Below are positions 1-7,226 of a stretch of 30,368 nucleotides of DNA, in pieces. How positions within the stretch are numbered: the stretch's first letter is position 1; every line of letters starts with the position of its first letter. Made by a program: the position numbers and the translations under genes. The DNA is from a virus (lineage: Duplodnaviria > Caudoviricetes): positions 1 through 30,368 of the IMG/VR virus record IMGVR_UViG_3300010366_000043, one strand, 5' to 3'. Below the pieces are notes generated by a model. That model was not told where the DNA came from. It worked only from the letters and a program-made list of their open reading frames with translations, and did no database searches.

Positions 1-382
1 CCCCTTTACCCCGCCGTAGCTTTACATAAAATAGCAATTTTTACTGCTGCAATTTTATTAGGTACTTGCGGCATTTTTGGCAACGGCATTTGCCGCCACC
101 AGCGATCCGGCCCACCCCCGACATATCTATGAATTTTTTCCAATCCCCGATATAATTGAAATTTTTTCCAATTATTATGTAAATATGAAATTTAGACGTT
201 TATTAAGCTATTTACCCTAACATTTATCCATTTTTTACGATATTTTGACGTTTCTGCCGATGTCCATGCTAAAAAATTATAGCCTTTTGTGCCGCTACGG
301 TAGGCTAGTGCTATAAACCTACCTAAAAACAGGCCAACATTGCTAAACCCCTTATTTTATTAGCCGCTTACAAGCCTAAAGC

Positions 383-420
383 CGCGCCTAGTAGCTTTAC
401 TACCTAAGCTACTAGGCGCG
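383..420 (-). terminator. Perfect 15-bp hairpin ending the leftward operon (probable terminator)
   Basis: CGCGCCTAGTAGCTT (383-397), 8-nt loop, AAGCTACTAGGCGCG (406-420), 7 nt past the stop of ORF 428-724. The U-tail on the - strand is weak (GCTTT). Confidence 0.6.
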
Positions 421-427
421 TACTTTA

Positions 428-724
428 CTATTCCTCCCTTTTCCAGTTAGCCCATCCCCATCCTCTTTGATGCACTAATCCATGACAGCTATCGCATAGA
501 GGATTTACATCTAAAGGTCTTGAGTAATCTTCATGATGATAGAGAGTAGCTTTCCTGCCGCATATCTCGCAGGTAAGATCTGCTACTCTAGGAAGCTCTC
601 CATTCCTCACAGCTTTATTCACTAGATAGTTAGCTCTAACTTTCTCTGGAAATTTATCTATCCTATCCCTATCCCTCTCTCTCTTCCTATCCTTCTTCCT
701 TTTCCTTTTCTCCCATTCTTCCAC
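428..724 (-). CDS. HNH-type/Zn-binding endonuclease-like protein
   Basis: CEICG...HHEDYSRPLDVNPLCDSCHGLVH (CxxC, HH, CxxCH pattern of small phage HNH proteins). The GTG start has a GGAGG RBS and overlaps the upstream stop. Confidence 0.7.
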   Translation of the reverse strand: MEEWEKRKRKKDRKRERDRDRIDKFPEKVRANYLVNKAVRNGELPRVADLTCEICGRKATLYHHEDYSRPLDVNPLCDSCHGLVHQRGWGWANWKREE

Positions 725-1053
725 TACTCTCCTCCCTTCCCTTCCTTCCTGCGGGCTTCCATCCGAGCAAGAGCCATCTCACGCATCCTCTCTGCGTGTT
801 CCTGCCGAGCTCTCTTCTGTTCTGCCGTTGTCACGCGCTTCTTCCTCACAGTGATCTGGTTCTGCGGTACAGAATAGATCCTTCCTCCTCCTGCCGTTGT
901 CCTCACACAAACTAGCTTCATCTTATCAAATCTCCCAATCATAACCGGATCATCGGTGTAGATTTCCCAATTTCCCCCCGCTCCTCTATCTGCTGCCGTT
1001 ATGGAAATGTGCGTTTCACGCTCATCTCCGCTCATATCTGCTATCTTCGCCAT
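724..1053 (-). CDS. Hypothetical phage protein with basic helical C-terminus
   Basis: ORF in operon; GGAGGT RBS before ATG 1053 (the track starts at GTG 1059); coupled to the HNH ORF. Confidence 0.65.
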   Translation of the reverse strand: MAKIADMSGDERETHISITAADRGAGGNWEIYTDDPVMIGRFDKMKLVCVRTTAGGGRIYSVPQNQITVRKKRVTTAEQKRARQEHAERMREMALARMEARRKEGKGGE

Positions 1054-1189
1054 ATCCACCTCCCCTTCCTATCCCCTTCATCCTATTCATCCATATCTAT
1101 CATCCACGCAAGATGATACATCCCTATTGCAAGAAGTCCTCCTCCCGCAAGAAAAAGAAAACAAAATAAGAAAAAGGCTTTCTCATCTG

Positions 1190-1290
1190 CTATCATTCCT
1201 CATCCTTCCTCCTCATTCTTCACTCCTCATCCTTCCTCCTCATCCTTCCTCCTCATTCTTCACTCCTCACTCTTCACTCCTCACTCTTCT
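1190..1290. repeat. G-free pyrimidine-rich tandem repeat tract containing a 33-bp direct repeat
   Basis: TCCTCATCCTTCCTCCTCATTCTTCACTCCTCA at 1197-1229 and 1237-1269. There is no G on the + strand from 1190 to 1290. Confidence 0.85.
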
Positions 1291-1540
1291 GGCCGGAGTC
1301 TTTTTCTGAGTCCTCATCTGCCTCCAACTTCATCCACTTCCCTTCCACTTTCACTTCCACTGTAGGATCTATTCCGTTCACAACCTTCACTACATCTGTC
1401 ATTGCTTCCATAAGCATTCCTCTTACGATTGCCCTCAAATGGCTCTTCCCTGAATACACCGACGCGAAGTCAGATCCCTCTATGATCCTACGTGCTATTT
1501 CCGCCTTAGTCCGCTCAGAAACTACTACTTGGATCGCCAT
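1274..1540 (-). CDS. Hypothetical protein
   Basis: C-terminal part of track ORF 1274-1573. A GAGGAGG RBS precedes ATG 1540 (MAIQVVV...). Confidence 0.6.
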   Translation of the reverse strand: MAIQVVVSERTKAEIARRIIEGSDFASVYSGKSHLRAIVRGMLMEAMTDVVKVVNGIDPTVEVKVEGKWMKLEADEDSEKDSGQKSEE

Positions 1541-1757
1541 ATCCTTCGTCCTCCTCATCATCTTCATCATCATCCCATCCTTCAGGGGCTTCCCAATCTA
1601 CTCCCCTCCCATCCACAACTCCCCTCTCGCGAGGGGAGCTATGAACTTGTTGCCGGAGCCAGATCAAAGTCAACAGTAGAAGCAATCCTATGAAGAAGCA
1701 AAAAGCTAAGATCACATACCAGGGTAGATTTACTATCCTATGACCTTCCTCTATCAT
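1515..1757 (-). CDS. Small single-pass membrane protein with acidic tail
   Basis: Hydrophobic stretch LPWYVILAFCFFIGLLLLLTLIWL followed by a D/E-rich C-terminus; starts 13 nt after the ParB-like stop. Confidence 0.55.
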   Translation of the reverse strand: MIEEGHRIVNLPWYVILAFCFFIGLLLLLTLIWLRQQVHSSPRERGVVDGRGVDWEAPEGWDDDEDDEEDEGYGDPSSSF

Positions 1758-1769
1758 GTCATCTTCCCC

Positions 1770-2450
1770 CTAACGTCCCACATCCCAAATCTTATGTAGG
1801 ACGTTCCCACCTTCAATTGCTTCCTCTAAGATATCGATGGGGATCTCTTCTTCTATTGCGTTCCTCGCCGTGAATGAATTTCCCACTAAAAGAAGCCAGA
1901 GCAGGGTCTTCTTAAGAAACTCTTCATCTTCCATCTTCACATTGACTCCTCTTCCCGCTCCCGTCCCCTTCCCCATGTATTTCAATATCCGTTCTGCCGT
2001 GTCTAAGATCGTAGGGCTGCGTCCCATTTCTACCAATTCCCCAAGTCCATCCGCTCCCAACAAGTTCCGAAGCCTCAGGATCCGCCGTTTCATACTTTCG
2101 GGGAAGCCCTTCGTATCTATGGGTAATCCATGTACTACAGCATCTAACCATTGTGCCGGAGTTAGCGACATGGTTTCTGCGTTGAGCACTACCCACAGAG
2201 CTGGAGCATCTAAGTCGAATTCTCTATGAATTGCCACTGGGACTTCCTCCATATCTAATAGCTTCGCACAAGCTAATCTTCTGTGTCCATCTGCTAAGAT
2301 TAGATCCCTGTTCAGCACCAATGGTTCCAAGATGCCATACTTCTGTATCGACAGTAGCAATCCTGTGAGCGCATTACGATTGGCTCTTCTTGCCGGATTG
2401 AATTCTGCGACTGTGATCTGTGATATCTTCAACGTTGTGAATTCTGGCAT
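1770..2450 (-). CDS. ParB/Srx N-terminal-domain protein
   Basis: FNPARR...SIQKYGILEPLVLNRDLILADGHRRLACAK is the ParB-N signature. An AGGAGG RBS precedes ATG 2450 (the track starts at 2489). Confidence 0.85.
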   Translation of the reverse strand: MPEFTTLKISQITVAEFNPARRANRNALTGLLLSIQKYGILEPLVLNRDLILADGHRRLACAKLLDMEEVPVAIHREFDLDAPALWVVLNAETMSLTPAQWLDAVVHGLPIDTKGFPESMKRRILRLRNLLGADGLGELVEMGRSPTILDTAERILKYMGKGTGAGRGVNVKMEDEEFLKKTLLWLLLVGNSFTARNAIEEEIPIDILEEAIEGGNVLHKIWDVGR

Positions 2451-2501
2451 GACAGTTAGTTCCTCCTGAGAACTAAAAATGGAAAACAAACAATTAGAAA
2501 G

Positions 2502-4409
2502 TTAAATCCTCAAACCACGTTCTGCAAAAAATGTTTCTGGGTCTACACGACCCTTCGGCATGGGGGTTCCTTCGCGGTATGCACCGCCAGCGTCCATGAG
2601 CCTTACTTCTAGATGGAGATGTGGGCCGGTAGCATTTCCCGTCATCCCCATCGACCCAATCATCTGACCTGCTTTCACTACATTTCCCGCTTGAAGACCA
2701 GGCTCAGTAAGATGACAATACATCGTATAGCATCCTAATTCTAGATGCTTGATGCGAACGTAGAAACCATAGCTGGCATCGTGATCTGCATAAGCGACCA
2801 CTCCGTCTGCCACTGAGAGGACATCGGTTCCCTCACTCTTTCCTCCAAGATCCGTGCCATTATGCCCAGGCATACCAAATCTTGCATAATCTTGGGGGTT
2901 TTGATAGAAGTGCTGTGTAATGACGCTACCTGGGAGGGGATGAACAAGTCTACCTTCATAGGTAGGAGGGATAACAGGTGGCTCGATTGGTGGGATTGGA
3001 GGTGTAATAGGAGATCCCTCACTAATAGTCCATGCCCAATCAATCCAGGTGGAAGTATGTATTCCAGGATTTCCGTGCTCGCCCATTCCGATACCTGATG
3101 CCTTATCGGTAGGGTTGCCGTCATCCACCCATATAGAGAATTCATTGAGGGATGCTGACATAGCGTAGTCATAATTATAGTCTGCAATGACTTGATCCTT
3201 TTTACTATAGACTGGTGTATCACCAGTCGGCCAGGTGACGAGGAATTTCACCCCTTCTATTTCCCTGCCGTCACGTTTGATTGTACCCAAGATGTGATGG
3301 TCGGGGCCAACCATATCTGCTTCTTGCTCATTAAGATGTACGGCATTTACAATCTTCCAGTAGCCTGTGCCGCGAGGAGGATAGACATAATCAAAATTCA
3401 CGCCTCGTGCTATCAGCACAGGATCTATGCTACGATCACTGGGTACAACGGGGATGCTAGGTTCTGTGGGATTATCTGGAGGTGTAGGAGTAATTATAAC
3501 TTCCTGCTCTGGTGATTTGTAGCCTCGCTCTACCGCAGCACGGAAATCAGCTTTCACCTGATCCTTTGAAGCAATAGACCACTGATCATCTTTATTAGTG
3601 CGGTAGATGCACAGCGCATGGACTTTCTGAGGTTGATTACCAGAATTCCAGAAATCTATCTCTTCCATTGCTGATTGGATCCATCCCTGATTGATGTTAG
3701 CCCAGGAATTGACTTGATCAGTTTCTGTGATGTAGAAAGGTAATCCCTGATATTTGGGTGGGGTTGCCGTGAGGAAATCTATATAGGCAGGGAAATTGAA
3801 GAAGCGATCATCAAACGGAGGATTCATAGTGGAAGTGTCAGAAATCAGCAATGGATCACTTCCATGTGTATAGGTGTGGATTCCTATAGCGTCAGTTTTA
3901 CGAATGGCGTTCAATACATCTGTGTAGTAGACCACCCAATCCCCGTTTGAGTTACCAGAGTAGGTGGTCGTAGCGTCCCACGGAGCGATAGGTGCTGTGC
4001 AGACTTGCAAAGAGGGAACATTTTTCTTAATTTGATCATAGCATAGATCGAAGCACTTGGCATATTGCGTGGGGATGATTAGTTCACCCCCAGGTCTCTC
4101 ATTAGCATGATTGGGTTCGTTGCCGATAATAGCTACGGAAATTCCAGGTGTAGCTCTTACGAAATTACCGCAACGACGAGAGAAATCATCATAGTAATTG
4201 CTATGTGGGATTGTGCCTGCTGGAGAATAGCCATTGTTCATGCGGCAGATAACACTAAATCCACGTGCTGTCCATTGATGATAGTCCCTGCCGGAATGGT
4301 CATGTGGATCAGAACCGATAGCTTCTGTGATTACGATCCAACCTGGCTTGCCGGACATTAAATCTGCACCGTCAATATCATGAACTCCGTGCAGCCATTG
4401 ATTCATCAT
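2502..4409 (-). CDS. Modular cell-wall hydrolase/endolysin: glycoside-hydrolase-like N-domain + Pro-rich linkers + C-terminal M23 peptidase
   Basis: GH-A clan-like GNEPN (acid/base) and ITET (nucleophile) motifs; M23 motifs HNGTD, YCHL and GPHLHLEVR; two Pro-rich linkers; no signal peptide. Confidence 0.85.
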   Translation of the reverse strand: MMNQWLHGVHDIDGADLMSGKPGWIVITEAIGSDPHDHSGRDYHQWTARGFSVICRMNNGYSPAGTIPHSNYYDDFSRRCGNFVRATPGISVAIIGNEPNHANERPGGELIIPTQYAKCFDLCYDQIKKNVPSLQVCTAPIAPWDATTTYSGNSNGDWVVYYTDVLNAIRKTDAIGIHTYTHGSDPLLISDTSTMNPPFDDRFFNFPAYIDFLTATPPKYQGLPFYITETDQVNSWANINQGWIQSAMEEIDFWNSGNQPQKVHALCIYRTNKDDQWSIASKDQVKADFRAAVERGYKSPEQEVIITPTPPDNPTEPSIPVVPSDRSIDPVLIARGVNFDYVYPPRGTGYWKIVNAVHLNEQEADMVGPDHHILGTIKRDGREIEGVKFLVTWPTGDTPVYSKKDQVIADYNYDYAMSASLNEFSIWVDDGNPTDKASGIGMGEHGNPGIHTSTWIDWAWTISEGSPITPPIPPIEPPVIPPTYEGRLVHPLPGSVITQHFYQNPQDYARFGMPGHNGTDLGGKSEGTDVLSVADGVVAYADHDASYGFYVRIKHLELGCYTMYCHLTEPGLQAGNVVKAGQMIGSMGMTGNATGPHLHLEVRLMDAGGAYREGTPMPKGRVDPETFFAERGLRI

Positions 4410-4620
4410 CTTTAGTTACCTTTCCCATTTTGACTAAGATCGTGGCATAAACTTCCTCATCTGCGAAAACAAAGGCTTTCATTTGTATTTCGCAACTTGC
4501 ATGACGACTGATGCCAGCTTTATGCAAGATTAGCTGGTAGAAGAAATGGAATTCTTCATCTGTCATTTGGCGGACTATTTCCTGATAGTCCAGTATCCTT
4601 GGATATTCTGGTGTTGTCAT
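4378..4620 (-). CDS. Hypothetical protein
   Basis: 80-aa ORF whose start overlaps the primase stop (ATGA) and which fills the operon gap. Confidence 0.6.
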   Translation of the reverse strand: MTTPEYPRILDYQEIVRQMTDEEFHFFYQLILHKAGISRHASCEIQMKAFVFADEEVYATILVKMGKVTKDDESMAARSS

Positions 4621-7226
4621 TCATCTTCCTCTGACCTAGCTAGGTCTATAGTAATCCCATGATTAGGTTCTTCAAAAGATACAATATCTTGTGAGAATCT
4701 ATATTTCTTGGGAGCGTTGTTGGTTGCCGCTATGACTTCCATGCCATAGTTGCGGATGAGATTGCTTTCCAATGCTTGGATATGTTTAGCTAGAGCTTGT
4801 CCGCTTTCCCATATCCATTGATAGTGGAGCTTCATGGCTATAGCCTGGAAGATGCCGTTCAATTCTCCGGCTGTGTGCCATTTCCCGCTTTCTAAGCCAT
4901 GACTTCCCTTTCCTTGCCGTTCGCCAGCGGCACGATCTTCCCGTAGCCATATATCTAATACTACTATCATAGGTGAAGCTTCGTGTAGAAGTACCTTTTG
5001 CCGATTGGTCATTTGCTCCAATCCCTTTATCAAAAGGCTACCATCTAGAATTCCACTAGCTCCATTGGTAAGACCTTGTATGCGACTACAGAATACAGTG
5101 AAGTCTGCAAGACGACTTTCTGTAGGTGCTGGAGCCGTCTTTACCTTACGAAGTTCTGCTACTGTTTGATTGAGCATCCCCATGATTCCCATCCATATAC
5201 CTTCCAAGTTGTGAAGAATAGTGTTCTGCATGGTGTACTCTGGTGTGGGCTTTTTGATGGCAGCAAGCTCTATAGGTAGTAATCTAGTGAAGAGACTTTC
5301 TTCAGCGAATGGTAGGCTCGTTGCTGTGATGATTATAAAGCAATCCGGCAAGATCCTAGTCATCTCGTTGGTAGTGTGTAGCTTGCGAAGTTCTATGTGT
5401 GTTCCTGTACTTACGCGGTTGAGCATATCTACAAGCCATACGCTCTTATTCTTTTCCAGGTTATCTAATACTATGAACTTGTGTGCGCCCATGCTCGCGC
5501 GTAGGCTATCTGGCTTGTCAGCAACAACACCGTTGACGTTGCTGTGTGGCCCTTCTAGTACATATAGGAATCTCCTCGCTGCCGTAGTCTTGCCAGCACC
5601 AGGATCAGCTATGATGGTGAGTAGTGGACGTGTGGGCATAACATCTGGAAAGAAGGTACTGAGAAACCAAGCCTTGATGAGCTCCTTCTGCTGGTGAGGA
5701 CTTACACCTGTAGAACCTATGCCAAAGCTGAGGTCATCGACCAAAAACTTCCAGGGGTTTAATCCTTTAATCCCTTTATCCCTTGCTTGATCTAGATCAA
5801 TGTGTAGCGAGCTATCACGGTTGCGGAAAATTACGTCTTCTTCCCCGTTAAGATGCTTGTTGTCCCATACATAGCTACCATTGTCGTCGCCCGTGAGTAC
5901 ATAGTTATAGGAAGTTCCTAAGTTAAGATATAACTTTTCACCATCCCAATAGCTACGATTGTAAGCCTTTATCTTGTAAGCGTTTTCCCTTGCTGTGTAA
6001 TAGACACCTCTGGATGTAGTGCTACCAAAGGAATCGGCGGTATTGATACCGAAGGTATTATACAGAATACCATCCCAATAGCTATCTTCCATACTATGAA
6101 GATGATGACTGGTTTTATCTAGCCAGTACAATCTTTCTGTACCTATATCTTGCACTATTCTACCCTTTTCCCTGAGGAAGGATATGATAGTGGTAGCAGC
6201 AGACCTACTCTTTAGATAGGTAACTCCCTTGCCTAAACGTATTCTATCTATTAACGTCATGATAGGTGTTACGTTTTGACGAGATATAGCTTCTGCCAGT
6301 TTACGGATTACTGTTCCTGGCAGTCTATCTGTAAGGGCTTGCAAGCCTAATATCTGGAATCCACCTCTGTGCTTTTCATAGGTATCAGATACACATTGTA
6401 GCTGATTTCGTAGCTCTCCCCCTGCTGTTGCATTTAACTTTTCTACAACTTCAGTGGCATCTTCCTCATCCCATCCAGCGGTAGCCAGCCAACCAGATAG
6501 GAAGAGTGCTAAGTCATGTCGCTGCCCTTCTATCCAAAACCCCTCTAGAGTTGTTACGATGGTGTCTATTGGATCTTCGTGGGTATCTAGACAATCTGCA
6601 AAGTTTTCTAGAGTGGTGGTTATTTCTAGACTTTTATGCTCGTCCTGATATACGCCCTCTTCCCAGCCCTCGCTAGGTAATACGAACACGCTGCGCTTGC
6701 CCGTAACTGGATGAACGCCTAACGGTATCTTAACCAAATTACCAAGAGGATTACTGTCACTGAGCTTGTCTTGCTTGGGGAAGATCTCTACGTGGGTATC
6801 CCCAGAAACGCTAGCTCCGATAGCTTCACGCATCTCCTGCGCTAATGCTCGCACGTTTTCTGCAGGAGCTGGCTTGTTGAAGAATATCCAAATATGATAA
6901 CCCTTGTTGCCGGAGAATTCTATACTATGTGGAATACTGGTAAGTAGATTATCTAACTTAATTGTTAGATCTCTTGCTTTCTCTAGATTGCTGCTATCTA
7001 CATCAAAGCACATCCACATGATAGTGTTATCTTGCCGGAGTGTATACGCTCCCATTGCGAACTCTCCAGCAAGATGCTTTTCTATGTCTTCCTCTTTAGG
7101 GGCAGACATAATAGGATTATAGAAGGTTTGACCTTTACCCTCGTCATCTATCCTCTTTCTGCCGATGGCGTAATAATTGTTACCCGTGAAAAACTTCTTT
7201 AGGATAGTAGTTGCGAGGGATGGCAT
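4617..7226 (-). CDS. AEP primase (TOTE-like) + PriCT-like region + P-loop ATPase/helicase fusion
   Basis: AEP motifs CFDVD, SGNKGYHIW, VEIFPKQ and GNLVKIPLG; GQRHDLALFLSGWL (PriCT-like); Walker A ADPGAGKTT and Walker B-like IVLDN. The ATG at 7226 overlaps the polymerase stop (TGATG); the track uses TTG 7229. Confidence 0.85.
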   Translation of the reverse strand: MPSLATTILKKFFTGNNYYAIGRKRIDDEGKGQTFYNPIMSAPKEEDIEKHLAGEFAMGAYTLRQDNTIMWMCFDVDSSNLEKARDLTIKLDNLLTSIPHSIEFSGNKGYHIWIFFNKPAPAENVRALAQEMREAIGASVSGDTHVEIFPKQDKLSDSNPLGNLVKIPLGVHPVTGKRSVFVLPSEGWEEGVYQDEHKSLEITTTLENFADCLDTHEDPIDTIVTTLEGFWIEGQRHDLALFLSGWLATAGWDEEDATEVVEKLNATAGGELRNQLQCVSDTYEKHRGGFQILGLQALTDRLPGTVIRKLAEAISRQNVTPIMTLIDRIRLGKGVTYLKSRSAATTIISFLREKGRIVQDIGTERLYWLDKTSHHLHSMEDSYWDGILYNTFGINTADSFGSTTSRGVYYTARENAYKIKAYNRSYWDGEKLYLNLGTSYNYVLTGDDNGSYVWDNKHLNGEEDVIFRNRDSSLHIDLDQARDKGIKGLNPWKFLVDDLSFGIGSTGVSPHQQKELIKAWFLSTFFPDVMPTRPLLTIIADPGAGKTTAARRFLYVLEGPHSNVNGVVADKPDSLRASMGAHKFIVLDNLEKNKSVWLVDMLNRVSTGTHIELRKLHTTNEMTRILPDCFIIITATSLPFAEESLFTRLLPIELAAIKKPTPEYTMQNTILHNLEGIWMGIMGMLNQTVAELRKVKTAPAPTESRLADFTVFCSRIQGLTNGASGILDGSLLIKGLEQMTNRQKVLLHEASPMIVVLDIWLREDRAAGERQGKGSHGLESGKWHTAGELNGIFQAIAMKLHYQWIWESGQALAKHIQALESNLIRNYGMEVIAATNNAPKKYRFSQDIVSFEEPNHGITIDLARSEEDE

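Noticed and set aside
1190-1290. Possible CRISPR-like array
   Set aside because: Low-complexity tandem units with no unique spacers and no cas genes.
1001-1309. + strand 102-aa ORF with LILPPHSS repeats
   Set aside because: It is antisense to the operon and is the translation of the pyrimidine repeat tract; it has no RBS.
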